NCBI GenBank assembly: GCA_965199715.1
Contig: OZ241322.1
Span: forward strand, 1,920,001-1,984,000
From: Vicinamibacteria bacterium
GTDB lineage: Bacteria > Acidobacteriota > Vicinamibacteria > Marinacidobacterales > Marinacidobacteraceae
Length of the DNA: 64,000 nt
Direction of reading: 5' to 3'
Below are positions 9,492 through 19,838 of the stretch, one piece after another; position 1 is the first letter of the stretch; each line of letters starts with the position of its first letter. The notes beneath the pieces are model-generated. The model had not been told where the DNA came from. It was given only the letters and a program-made list of their open reading frames with translations, and ran no database searches. A program made the translations under genes and the position numbers.

Positions 9492-10487
9492 ATGACGTCG
9501 CTCGTGACCTTCCCTCTCGTCCTGCTCGCGGCGCTCGCGCAGGCGCCCGTGACGGTCGAAGCGCTCGTCGTGGACCGTCGGGGCGAGGCCGTCACCGGTC
9601 TCTCCGCCGCCGACTTCGAGGCGGAACTCCCCATCCTCGAGGCGAAGGCGGCGGGCGACGGCCCCCGGCGCCTCGTCCTCGTCTTCAACCGGCGCGGCGC
9701 TGTGGCGGGCCGGCTGAATCGGGCGAAGCGCGGCGTGGAGGCGTTCCTTCGGAGGCGCCTGCGGGAGGAAGACGAAGTCCTCTTCGCCGACCTCGGCGAG
9801 ACGTTGCGGATCGGGCGGGGCTTCGCTTCGGGGCGCGCCGCGGCGCTCGCGGGCCTCGGGACCATCCCCGCGATGGGATATCCGAGCCCCTCCGGCGCGC
9901 GGGGCGACGCGGCCGCCGCCCGGTCGCTCCTGGATCTCGTCGCCGAGCGGCTCGCTGGCGAGCGCGGCCGCAAGATCGTCGTTCTCTACTCTGGCAGCCT
10001 CAGCAGCTTCTCGGACGTCGGCGAGGACGTGCAGGGCGCCCGCAGCGAACCCGCCTACGCCGCGCTGGTGGAGGGATTCCTCGCGGCGCGGGCGCAAGTC
10101 CACGTGGCCCACCTCGCCGGAGTCATGGAGTTCGAGGACCGCATCCTGACCGCCGGCCGGGGCGAGCTCATCGTGAACTCCGAAGCCGGCGGCCGCGTGC
10201 TGGGCAGCATCTTCTCCTCGTCCACGAAGGACCAGCGGCGGATGGACTCCACGCCCCGCAGCGGCGACGACGTCCTGTCCAGCCTCGCCGCCGACACCGG
10301 TGGCCTGTATCTTGCTCGGACGACGGATTTCGGGAGCGCGCTCGACCGCGCGCTCGCCCATGACCGGAGTCGATACGTGCTGACGCTGCCCCGCATGGAA
10401 GAATCCGGGAAGATGGGGATTCGCGTTCCGGCCTGCGACGAATGCCGGGTGTTGCTCGCGCGCGTCGCGCGGGAGGACGAACAGTGA
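9492..10487 (+). CDS. Acidobacterial VWA-related domain protein (paralogue 2)
   Basis: Signal peptide; VVDRRGEAVTGLSAADFE, GRKIVVLYSG, LSSLAADTGG, YVL. True start may be GTG 9504. Confidence 0.8.
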   Translation: MTSLVTFPLVLLAALAQAPVTVEALVVDRRGEAVTGLSAADFEAELPILEAKAAGDGPRRLVLVFNRRGAVAGRLNRAKRGVEAFLRRRLREEDEVLFADLGETLRIGRGFASGRAAALAGLGTIPAMGYPSPSGARGDAAAARSLLDLVAERLAGERGRKIVVLYSGSLSSFSDVGEDVQGARSEPAYAALVEGFLAARAQVHVAHLAGVMEFEDRILTAGRGELIVNSEAGGRVLGSIFSSSTKDQRRMDSTPRSGDDVLSSLAADTGGLYLARTTDFGSALDRALAHDRSRYVLTLPRMEESGKMGIRVPACDECRVLLARVAREDEQ

Positions 10488-12418
10488 CCGGCAAGACCCT
10501 GACGCGCCTGATCCTGGCGCTGGCCGTGGCGGTTCCCGCCGCCGGCTCCGCCCAGACCTTCCGCTTCCGCGCCGAGGCGACGCGGGTGATCGTGGACGTC
10601 CTCGTTCTGGACGACGACGGGAGGCCGGTGCCCGGCCTCATGGCCGAAGACTTCGAGCTGGTCGAGGACGGCGAGCCGCAGCGGGTCGCCTCGATCGACG
10701 TCGTGGACTGGGAGCGCTACGACCTCGAGCGCTCCGATCCCGAAGCGGCGGAGGCCGTTCCCGGCGCGGCGCCGGCGCCCGAGGCCCGGGACGCGCAGGT
10801 CAACGCCTCGCCGCGGCGCTTCGTCATCGTGTTCAACCGCCGCCGCGCCGACCCGGTGAACCTGCGGCGGGCGAAGCGGGGCATCGAGGAGTTCGTGGTC
10901 CAGAACATGGTGGACGGCGACGAGACCATGCTCATCGAGTTCGCGAACCAGGTGCGCGTCCTCCAGGAGTTCTGGCCGGGCAAGGGGCAGACGCTCGCCA
11001 ACGTGCGGCGCATCGTGCCGGGCACTTACGAGAGCCCAGTGGGGCCGGAGATGGACGCCCGCGAATCCTTCCGCATGCTGCATGCGCTCGCCGGGGCGCT
11101 CGAGTCGATCGAGGGACGCAAGATCGTCGTCCTCTTCTCGATCGACCTCCAGACCTTCGCCGACCCGAGGCAGGTCGTCGGCGAGATCGCCGGGACCGAG
11201 GTGGACGAGTTCCCCGGCCGGCGCGCCTTCGACGAGACCGAGACCCTCCACCACGCGATCCGCCAGCTCAACCACGCGAACGCCACGCTCTACGCGGTGG
11301 ATCTCGAGGGGGTCTATGGAAGCGAGAACGACATCCTCGTCGCCTCGCGGAACTCGTTCGACATCTTCGGCAACGAGCTCGGAGTCGAGGGCAGCGACCA
11401 TCCGCTGGCTCGCATGGACGTCGCCGCCAACGTGCCCTCCGAGGGCGGAACCGCGTCGCTCGCGGTCGCGACCGGCGGCACCTGGTTCCCGAACCAGACG
11501 AACTTCGCGGTGGCCCTGAACCGCATCGGGATCCAGAACCAGCTCTACTACCTGCTCTCGTTCTCGCCCCGCAACAGCGAGCTGGACGGCTCGTACCGCA
11601 ACATCGAAGTGCGGGTCCGGGACCGTCCCGACCTGCGGGTGATCGCCCGCCCGGGATATTTCGCGCGCGAGCGCGAGGGGCCGGCGACCGAGATGGTGAC
11701 CGTCGCCCGGGGGAGCTACGGCTACGCCCTCCCGGAGAACCTGCACACCTACTCGTACCTGCTCGAGCCGCGCCCCGACGGAGCCTTCGGCGTGATCTCC
11801 GCCGCGCTCCCGGATTCGATGCTGGACGAGCCCGCCGACCTGCGGCTGCGCGTCTCGAACGCCGCCGGCGACGTCCTCGCCGAGGCGGCCGACCGGGTGG
11901 ACCGCGAGCGCTTCTTCGTGAGCGCGCCGGCGGACCTGCCCGCGGGCGAGCTGCTCCTCGAGCTCGTGCTGGAACGGGACGGGCGCGTCCTCCAGACGGC
12001 CGACTCGGATCTTCGGATCCCCGCCGACTTCGGCGCCGACTTCTCGCTTTCCAGCGTGTTCCCGTTCGTGGCCGAAGCCCACCAGGCGGAGGCCGTCGGA
12101 CCGCCGGTGCGGCCGGTGGCGACCTTCGCGGGGGCCGAGGACGCGCGGGTGGCGTTTTTCGTGTTTCCCGGCCGGGAGAACCCGGCCGCCGGGGTCCGGG
12201 TCGCCTACGAGATCCGCAACGCCGCCGGCGAGATCTCGGTCGAGGGCGAGCGTCCGGGGGTCTTCGACATCGATCCGTCGCGGCCGGGAGGCACGCCGAT
12301 CATGCTGGCGCTGCAGACCGGTTCGCTCCGCGCCGGGCTCTATACCGCGGTCGTCCGGGTCGAGGACCGGCGCGGGGACCGCAGCGCGGTGGGCGAGCTG
12401 GACTTCCTGATCCGCTGA
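10484..12418 (+). CDS. Acidobacterial VWA-related domain protein with C-terminal Ig-like domains (paralogue 3)
   Basis: GTG overlaps the previous stop and has a GGAGG RBS. Signal peptide then QTFRFRAEATRVIVDVLVLDDDGRPVPGL..EDF, GRKIVVLFS, LAVATGG, YYLLSFSP..DGSYRNIEVRV...ARPGYFA. Confidence 0.88.
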   Translation: MTGKTLTRLILALAVAVPAAGSAQTFRFRAEATRVIVDVLVLDDDGRPVPGLMAEDFELVEDGEPQRVASIDVVDWERYDLERSDPEAAEAVPGAAPAPEARDAQVNASPRRFVIVFNRRRADPVNLRRAKRGIEEFVVQNMVDGDETMLIEFANQVRVLQEFWPGKGQTLANVRRIVPGTYESPVGPEMDARESFRMLHALAGALESIEGRKIVVLFSIDLQTFADPRQVVGEIAGTEVDEFPGRRAFDETETLHHAIRQLNHANATLYAVDLEGVYGSENDILVASRNSFDIFGNELGVEGSDHPLARMDVAANVPSEGGTASLAVATGGTWFPNQTNFAVALNRIGIQNQLYYLLSFSPRNSELDGSYRNIEVRVRDRPDLRVIARPGYFAREREGPATEMVTVARGSYGYALPENLHTYSYLLEPRPDGAFGVISAALPDSMLDEPADLRLRVSNAAGDVLAEAADRVDRERFFVSAPADLPAGELLLELVLERDGRVLQTADSDLRIPADFGADFSLSSVFPFVAEAHQAEAVGPPVRPVATFAGAEDARVAFFVFPGRENPAAGVRVAYEIRNAAGEISVEGERPGVFDIDPSRPGGTPIMLALQTGSLRAGLYTAVVRVEDRRGDRSAVGELDFLIR

Positions 12419-14113
12419 CTACCAGCCGGCGGCGTGCCCCTCGCGCCGCTGGTCCGGGCCGCCGGAGAACACCCCCGAGCGCGGCCAGATGCGGATCGCG
12501 TTGAGCATTCCGAGCCGGGGCGCCGGCTGGCGCAGCCGGTGGCCCCTGGCGGCGAGCGCCTCGCGCGCCTCGTCGTCGAAGCCCTCCTCCAGCACGAGGT
12601 CGGTCCCCGGCAGGTAGGGGATCGAGTTGTCGAGGAAGCGCACGACGAAGCGCGGCGCGTCCACGGCCGCGGGCGCGTCCATGTCGTAGTCGAGCGCCCG
12701 CACCAGCACCTGCAGGATCGTCTGCGGGATCGTCCACCCGCCCGCGGAGCCGAGCGCGAGGAAGGGCTCGCCGTGGCGGGTCACGATCGTGGGGCTCATC
12801 ACGAACCGCGGTCGCTGGCCGCCCTCGATGAGGTTCACGTCGCCCTCGTCGAGGCTGAAGTAGGACATCCCGTTGTTGAAGATCACCCCGGTTTCGGGGA
12901 CCACGACCCCGGCGGGCAGCATCAGCGTCTGGGTGACCGAGACCACGTTGCCGTGGCGGTCCACGACCGTGTGGTGCGTCGTGTGCTCCACCGCGGTCGG
13001 GGTCTCGCCGGCCTCGCGCCGCGCCTCGTGGAACCGGGCGCGCTCGAGGTCCACCCGCTCCGCCTGCTCGGCCGCGTATTCCTTCGAGAGCAGCCGATCC
13101 AGCGGAATTTCGACGTCGTCCTTCCCGGTGTTGAAGGCGTCTTCGTCCACGAACGCGAGCTTCATCGCCTCGGCGAGCAGGTGCACGAAGTCGGGCGAGT
13201 TGTGCTCGAGCGCCGCCACGTCGAAGTTCTCGAGGATGTTGAGCGTCTGGAGCACCGTCATCCCCGACCCGCCGGGCGGCTGGCTGTGCACCCGGAACTC
13301 GCGGTAGTCGGTCGCGATGGGGTCCTGCCAGCGCGCCCGGTACGAGGCGAAGTCGTCCAGCGAGAGGATGCCGCCGTTCTCGCGGAAGAACGAGACGACG
13401 CGCTCGCCGACCGCGCCCCCGTAGAAGACCTCCGGGCCGCTCTCGGCGATCGCCCGGAGCGTTCCGGCGAGGTCCGGCTGCTTGAGGACGTCGCCCACCG
13501 GCCACGCTCCGCCGCCCTTGAAGAAGATCCCGGCCCCGTAGGGATACCGGGCGACCTCGGCCCCGAACCCGCCGGCCGAGAACGCGCCGTGCACCGCCGG
13601 GGTGACCGCGAAGCCCTCCTCGGCGTACCGGATCGCCGGCGCGAGCGCCTCCGGCCACGACATCGAGCCGTATTCGTCGAGCAGCGCCGCCCAGCCGGCG
13701 AGGTTGCCCGGCACGAGCGGCGCGAGGAAGCTGTCGCGGGCCGGGTGGCTGCGGTCCCACAGCCGACTCCCGGTCGTGAACGTCTCGGGCCGGGCCGCCG
13801 CCGGCGCCGCGCCGATGAAGTCGAGCGAGCGGATCCGCCCGGAGTCGCCCTCGTGGACCAGCGCGTACCCGCCGACCCCGCCCAGGCCGGACATGAGCGG
13901 CTCCACGACCGCGAGCACCGCGGCGCTCGCCACGGCCGCGTCGAAGGCGTTCCCGCCCGCCTGGAGGATCTCGAGGCCGGCCTGCGCGGCGAGCGGATGC
14001 GAGGTGACGACCATCCCGTTCGTGCTCATCCCGGTTCCCGACGCGGGCGCCCCCGCGATCCCGGGGAGCAGCGCGATCCCGATACCCGCGGCGAGGAGGG
14101 CCCTGCGCTTCAT
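12419..14113 (-). CDS. ggt: Gamma-glutamyltransferase-family Ntn hydrolase (exported)
   Basis: GGNAFDAAVA, SGLGG, QPDLAGTL, catalytic TTH(H)TVVD and GSAGG motifs; N-terminal signal peptide. Confidence 0.88.
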   Translation of the reverse strand: MKRRALLAAGIGIALLPGIAGAPASGTGMSTNGMVVTSHPLAAQAGLEILQAGGNAFDAAVASAAVLAVVEPLMSGLGGVGGYALVHEGDSGRIRSLDFIGAAPAAARPETFTTGSRLWDRSHPARDSFLAPLVPGNLAGWAALLDEYGSMSWPEALAPAIRYAEEGFAVTPAVHGAFSAGGFGAEVARYPYGAGIFFKGGGAWPVGDVLKQPDLAGTLRAIAESGPEVFYGGAVGERVVSFFRENGGILSLDDFASYRARWQDPIATDYREFRVHSQPPGGSGMTVLQTLNILENFDVAALEHNSPDFVHLLAEAMKLAFVDEDAFNTGKDDVEIPLDRLLSKEYAAEQAERVDLERARFHEARREAGETPTAVEHTTHHTVVDRHGNVVSVTQTLMLPAGVVVPETGVIFNNGMSYFSLDEGDVNLIEGGQRPRFVMSPTIVTRHGEPFLALGSAGGWTIPQTILQVLVRALDYDMDAPAAVDAPRFVVRFLDNSIPYLPGTDLVLEEGFDDEAREALAARGHRLRQPAPRLGMLNAIRIWPRSGVFSGGPDQRREGHAAGW

Positions 14114-14151
14114 CCTGCCGCCCGATTAGACCACAGGGTTAGGCTCGCCCC

Positions 14152-14793
14152 ATGCTTCCCGTGACGCTCGCCGCGCTGATGGCCCAGGCGTCGGCCGCCT
14201 ACGAGGCCGCTCAGGTCCGGCCCGAAGCGCTCGACTGGAGCCGAGCGCAGGAAGTGGCCTTCGGCCCCGCGCCCTGGCGGACCCGGTTCCGGGCCCTGTG
14301 GAGCGAGGCCGGCCTCCACCTTCGCTTCGAGTCCGAGGACGCGGACCCGTGGCACACGATGACCTCCCGCGACGATCCGCTCTGGGAGGAGGAGGTCGTC
14401 GAGATCTTCCTCGATCCCGAAGGCAACGGCCGCTACGTCGAGGTCGAGCTGAACCCGGCGAACGTGGTCTGCGACCTGCGCCGGCTCGGGCCCGGCGAGA
14501 CCGCGTCGGACCCGATCGGCCCGATGGACCGGGGCTTCGACGTGGAGGGAATCCGCACGAGCGTCGAACGGGACGAGGAAGGCTGGATCGGGACGATCTT
14601 CCTGCCCTGGACCGGGCTGGGCCTTCCCGGGCCGCCGGCCGGGCCCATTCCGTTCAACGTCTTTCGCATCAAGCGCCCGGGCGGACCGGAGGCGCCCGAG
14701 CGGGCCGCGGTCTTCGCCGCGTGGTCGCCCACCGGCAGCCCGAGCTTCCACGTTCCGGCGGCGTTTCGGCCGATGGTCCTGCTACGGCCCTGA
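14152..14793 (+). CDS. Carbohydrate-binding family 9-like (DOMON-like) protein
   Basis: T.FRALWS..GLHLRF, RDDPLWEEEVVEIFLDP, Y.EVELNP, FNVFRI, WSPTG.PSFHVP. Confidence 0.8.
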   Translation: MLPVTLAALMAQASAAYEAAQVRPEALDWSRAQEVAFGPAPWRTRFRALWSEAGLHLRFESEDADPWHTMTSRDDPLWEEEVVEIFLDPEGNGRYVEVELNPANVVCDLRRLGPGETASDPIGPMDRGFDVEGIRTSVERDEEGWIGTIFLPWTGLGLPGPPAGPIPFNVFRIKRPGGPEAPERAAVFAAWSPTGSPSFHVPAAFRPMVLLRP

Positions 14794-16779
14794 CTCGAGC
14801 GCCGCCAGCCGGTCCGCGATCTCGGGCTGGTCCGGGTCGAGGCCGAGCGAACGGCGGAACGCCGTGACCGCCTTTTCCGGCTCCCCGAGCCTCGACCACG
14901 AGATCCCGAGCGCGTTCAGCACCGGAGGGCGCGGCGGAGCGAGCGTGACCGCGTTCTCCAGATGCGGCGCGGCGGCCCGGAAGTTCTCCTTCAGGTAGAA
15001 GCCGAGGCCGAGCCCGACGACGACCTCGTACCGGTCGCCGTGCGCGTACTGGAGCGGCAGCAACAGCGCGAGCGCGGCTTCCGCCCGCCCGGCGCGCAGG
15101 TGCGCCGCCGCGAGCTTCCACTGCGCGTCGGGCGCGTCCGGGTCGGCCTCGGCGACGGCCCGCCGAAACGCCGCCTCCGCTTCCTCGAATCGTCCGGCCG
15201 CCCAGTGCTGGTCCCCGAGCGCGGTCGCGACGAGCGCCGCCCGGTCCGCGTCGAAGCTGCGCCGGGCGAAGACCCCGGCGCGGCGCACGCTCCGCCTCGG
15301 CGAGACGCTCAGCGGCGCTTCGGCCGCGGCGACGACCGCGCCGGCGGAATCCACCAGACGAACCCGGAGCGCGTAGCGGCCCGGCGGGGTCTCGCCGAGC
15401 GGGAAGACTTCGGAAACGAGCGGCGGCTCCGGCTCCCGAACCGGGCGCGACCGCTCGGCGACGACCTCGCCTTCCTGGAGGAGAGCCAGCCGGACCTCGC
15501 TCGCCGGGGCCCGCGCCTGGAAGGCGACGTGGATCTCGTCGCCCACGGCGAACGTCGCGCCCGGGGCCGGATGGATCCGGACGGTTCCCGCCTCGAAGGT
15601 CCGGAACGCTCCGCCCGCCGCCGATTCGGTCCGGAACCCGAGGATCAGGTCGCTGATTCCCGGGTCCGGCTCGACGCGCACCCTGGCCTCGGCCACCGTG
15701 TACTCCGAGGAGACCCGGTTCCGCAGAATCACCAGAACCTCGTAGTCCCCCGGAGCGAGCGGCGTCCCGTCCTGGTAGGCGAACCCCGACCCGGCGACCT
15801 GCCGGAGCTGCGCCGCCTCGAGCTGGAGGAAGGTCTCGCGCTCGTCGATCAGGACCGGGTCGCCGTCCGCGGTCGCGATCTCGAGCGTGGCGTCGAGCGT
15901 CGTGAACGACGGATCGTCCCCCTCGAGCGCGAGGTCGTCGAGTCCCATCTCGACGGTGAAGTGGAGGAAGGGCGTCCCGTCCGGGCCGTACAGCACGGCG
16001 AACGCGCTCTCGCTCGGGACGAAGCCGAAGGAGTACTCCGCAGAGACCCGGTCGCGCCAGCGTTCCCAGGCGTCGAGGTCGTCGTTGCGGACCGCCCGCC
16101 GGGGCGACGACTCGATCCGCGCGAGCACCGCCTGCGAGCCGAGCCCGGCCTGGCCTCCCAGCAGGTCCACCGGTTCCGCGGCGTCCATGGCGAGGGCGGC
16201 CCGGGCGAGTTCCGGCGAGACCTGGAGGAGCTGCTCCATGTCGCGCTCGGGGAAGGAGCGGGCCGGGCCGCGCAGCAGGTCGCCCGGGACATCGGCGCCG
16301 GGGACGAACAGCCGGTAGTCCGCCGCTTCCTGCCGGCGGAAGAAGATCAGGTAGAAGAACGATGGAAGGTCGCGGGTCCGGTCGCCCTGGTAGAACCACA
16401 ACTCCGTGTCGTGGAGGTTGTTCACGAACTCGAAGCGCTCGACGCTCCGGGGAGCGCCGAGGAGGATGCGCATCCGGCCCCGGTCGGTCCTCCAGCCGGG
16501 AACGAACGCCTCGCCCCGCAGCCGCTCGTTGGCGTAGGCCAGCCGCCGGTAGTGCTCGTCGCGGAACTCGTTTTCCGGCGTGCCCCGCACCGGATCCCGC
16601 TTGCGCCAGAACGCCTCGACGAAGCGATCCCGCTCGAGGTCGGACCCCAGCGATCGGAAGATCTGGGACTCCCGCTCGGTGACGAGGTAGGGCACCTCCT
16701 CCTCGATCCAGCGCCGGTGCCGCTCCGCTTGCGGCTGGCCGGCGGCGAGAAGGAGCAGTCCGGCGAGAAGGAGCTCCAT
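14782..16779 (-). CDS. GWxTD domain protein with Ig-like region and C-terminal TPRs
   Basis: FW.KRDP..TPENEFRDEHYRRLAYAN...PGWRTDRGR..ILLG.P; TPR-like helical repeats at the C-terminus. Start MELLL at 16779. Confidence 0.92.
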   Translation of the reverse strand: MELLLAGLLLLAAGQPQAERHRRWIEEEVPYLVTERESQIFRSLGSDLERDRFVEAFWRKRDPVRGTPENEFRDEHYRRLAYANERLRGEAFVPGWRTDRGRMRILLGAPRSVERFEFVNNLHDTELWFYQGDRTRDLPSFFYLIFFRRQEAADYRLFVPGADVPGDLLRGPARSFPERDMEQLLQVSPELARAALAMDAAEPVDLLGGQAGLGSQAVLARIESSPRRAVRNDDLDAWERWRDRVSAEYSFGFVPSESAFAVLYGPDGTPFLHFTVEMGLDDLALEGDDPSFTTLDATLEIATADGDPVLIDERETFLQLEAAQLRQVAGSGFAYQDGTPLAPGDYEVLVILRNRVSSEYTVAEARVRVEPDPGISDLILGFRTESAAGGAFRTFEAGTVRIHPAPGATFAVGDEIHVAFQARAPASEVRLALLQEGEVVAERSRPVREPEPPLVSEVFPLGETPPGRYALRVRLVDSAGAVVAAAEAPLSVSPRRSVRRAGVFARRSFDADRAALVATALGDQHWAAGRFEEAEAAFRRAVAEADPDAPDAQWKLAAAHLRAGRAEAALALLLPLQYAHGDRYEVVVGLGLGFYLKENFRAAAPHLENAVTLAPPRPPVLNALGISWSRLGEPEKAVTAFRRSLGLDPDQPEIADRLAALESGP

Positions 16780-16813
16780 GGGAGCGGAACCTAGCACCCG
16801 AAGCGGGTCGCGT

Positions 16814-16842
16814 TTGACGGGGGTGCCCGGCGCTGATATTCA
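16814..16842 (+). promoter_or_regulatory. Putative sigma70 promoter of the TonB-dependent receptor gene
   Basis: TTGACG, 17 nt spacer, then (TG)aTATTCA. GAGGAGG RBS precedes ATG 16881. Confidence 0.45.
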
Positions 16843-16880
16843 AGGGGGCACGAGTCGTCCTCGACTCAGAGGAGGCCACC

Positions 16881-19810
16881 ATGCGGACCTTGAACGCACT
16901 TGCGTTGTTGCTGCTTCCCGCCGTGCTCGGAGCGCAGGAGTCGGCGACGCTCTCCGGCCAGGTGGAGGACACGTCGGGCGGCGGCCTGCCCGGAGTGACC
17001 GTCGCCGTGACCGAAAACGCCACCGGCCGCCAGGACGTGGTCGTGACCGACGCGGGCGGCGCCTTCCGGGTGGCCGCGCTTCCTCCGGGCGTCTATCGGG
17101 TGGAGGCGTCGCTTTCCGGCTTCGCCAACATGATCCTTCCGGAGATCGAGCTGCTGGTCGGCCAGAACGCCAGCATCACGATCCAGATGGCGCTCGCCGG
17201 GGTCGAGGAGACGGTGACGGTCACCGCCGAGTCCCCGCTCGTGGATCTCCTCTCCTCTGAGGTCGCCGGCAACGTGGACCGGCGGATGATGGAGGAGCTT
17301 CCGGTGCAGGGGCGGAACTGGATGGAGCTGGCGCTGCTCGTGCGCGGAATCACCGCCAACGACACGAACAACAACCGCCCCGGCATCGCGCGGGACGAGA
17401 GCTTCCAGCTCAACCTCGACGGCCAGCAGATCACCCAGCAGGTCGCGAGCTCGTTCTTCGGGCAGCCGAAGTTCAGCCGGGAGGCGATCGCCGAGTTCCA
17501 GATCGTCACGAACCAGTTCGACGTGACCCAGGGCCGGTCCTCGGGCGGCCAGGTGAACGCGATCACCCGCTCCGGCACGAACGACTTCACCCTGAGCGCC
17601 TACGGGTACTTTCGGGACGACCGCTTCAACGCCGAGGACCACGTGGCCGAGCGTGTGCTGCCCTTCGAGAACCAGCAGATCGGCGGGGTCATCGGCGGCC
17701 CCGTCGTAGCCGACCGGGTCCATTACTTCCTGTCCTACGAGTACGAGCGGCAGCCCGGGAGCGTCTTCGTCGAGCCGGCCCGCCTGCCGAACCAGGAATG
17801 GGTCTTCGCGACGCCCCAGTACCAGAACAGCTTCACCGCCCGAGTCGATCAGACGTTGACTGACGACGACCAGCTCTCGTACCGGATGTCGTACTGGGAT
17901 TTCGAGACCGATTTCGACATGACGAGCACCCAGCATCCGTCGAACGCCCGCGCCCGCACGCAGGACTCGCTGAACGTTCTCGGCACGTGGACCCGACGCT
18001 GGACGGACTCCGTGTTCACCGAGCTCAAGCTCGGCTACAACGGATTCGAGTGGGCCAACCGGCTCGCCGACCCGTCCGTGGGCGGGTGCGACCAGTCTTT
18101 CGGCGGCCAGTCGGACCAGGCGTCCTGCATCCCGAACTACGTGTTTCCGGGCATCACCTTCGGCGGACCGCGCAACTTTCCCCAGCTCTTCACGCAGGAT
18201 CTCGGCTCGGCCCGCTTCCAGTTGAACTGGGCCCGGGACCAGCACGACTTCAAGATCGGCGGCGAGTTCCTCGGCTGGGTGGACGGCGGCGAGTGGCACC
18301 TCCTCGAGCGGGGCGAGTTCATCTTCAACTCCCGCCCGGACGACCTTGAGCGCCGGTTCCCGCAGGAATGCGCCACCAACCCGAGCTGCTGGGACGTGAG
18401 CGGCCTCGACTCCACGGTGGCCCGCTTCAACCAGAACGTGGGCAACTGGATCATCGACATCCCGAGGCCCACGGTCGCCTTCTGGCTCGCCGACACGTGG
18501 CGCATGTCCGATCGCCTCGTCGTGAACTTCGGACTCCGCTACGACCTCGACTGGGGAGCGCTCGCGCCTCCCGGCAACGACATCATGACGCCGTTCGCCG
18601 GGGCCAGCGCGGGCCGGAGCGCCGGGGACTCGCTCTACAGTTGGGACATCCGGGACACGAACAACTTCGCGCCCCGGGGCGGATTCGCGTATGACGTGGG
18701 CGGTGACGGCAACTTCGTGATCCGGGGCGGCTCGGGGATCTACCACACGATCAGCGTCTCGAACGTGACCTTCAGCCAGCAGTCCTTCAACGGGCAGCGC
18801 ATCCTCGTGAACTCCTTCCCGAACGACGGATTGCCCGGCTTCCTCGCCGATCCCACCCGGGGCGTGACGCCGCAGCAGATCCTCAACGGCGACGTGCCGG
18901 TGCCGCCGCAGGCCCCCCGAACCATCGCCCACAACTTCCAGATGCCGTACACGTGGCAGACGTCGCTCGGTTTCCAGCGGCAGCTCGGTGCGCTCTGGGG
19001 CTTCGAGACCGACCTGCTCTACTGGAAGGAGTACTACACCCCCCGCGCCACCGACCCGAACCAGATCTTCAACCCGGCGACGGGCTACACCCTCGACATC
19101 GGCGAGCACGGGCGGCTGGATCCCAAATTCACCACGATCCGGTACATCGAGAGCACCGGCGAGCAGGACTATCTGGCGCTGTCCAGCGGCCTCCGGCGGC
19201 GTTTCGGGAACGACTTCCAGCTCAACCTGACCCACACGCTGATGTTCTTCAAGCGGGACGACACGAGGGGTTGGTTCAACTTCCCGAACAACACTTTCGA
19301 CCCCGACGCCGAGTGGGCGACCGCGCTCGACTTCCAGCGCAACACCTTCCGGATCCATGGCGTGTACCAGCTTCCGTGGGACTTCACCGTCTCCGGGGCG
19401 TATTTCTTCGGCTCCGGCAACCGGTTCCGTACCTCGGTCGGGGGCGCCCCTACGGGAAAACGGCGAGCACGAACCGGCTCAACCTCGGCGACCCGATCCC
19501 GGTGAACCCGGACGTGCTGTCCCGCTTCGACGGGCCGGACACGATCGGTTCCGGCCCCGGCAACGAGGCGCCACGGAACGCGCTCAGCGGCGAAGCGATC
19601 CACAAGGTGGACTTTCGCGTGACCAAGGCGGTGACGCTCGGAGACATTCGGATCTCGGCCATCGCCGAACTCTTCAACCTGCTCAACCACGAGAACTACG
19701 GCGCGTACAACGGGACCATCGACTCCAGTTCCTTCGGGGATCCCCGTCAGGTCACTTCCACGGCCTACGGCCCCCGCGCCGCCCAGTTCGCGTTCCGCAT
19801 CGAGTACTGA
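16881..19810 (+). CDS. TonB-dependent receptor (Oar-like, carboxypeptidase-regulatory N-domain), frameshifted near 19440
   Basis: LSGQVEDTSGGGLPGVTV, ELPVQGRNWMEL, EFQIVTNQFD..GRSSGG.VN.ITRSGTN, NFGLRYD, DTNNFAPRGGFAYD. The C-terminal barrel end (ELFNLLNH...PRAAQFAFRIEY) is in another frame ending at 19810. Confidence 0.9.
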
Positions 19811-19838
19811 CCCCCGGGGGCGGAGCGGGCTGCCCGAA

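Noticed and set aside
19811-19820. CCCCCGGGGG palindrome after the TonB receptor gene as a terminator
   Set aside because: There is no loop or U-tract, and it is too short to call in GC-rich DNA.
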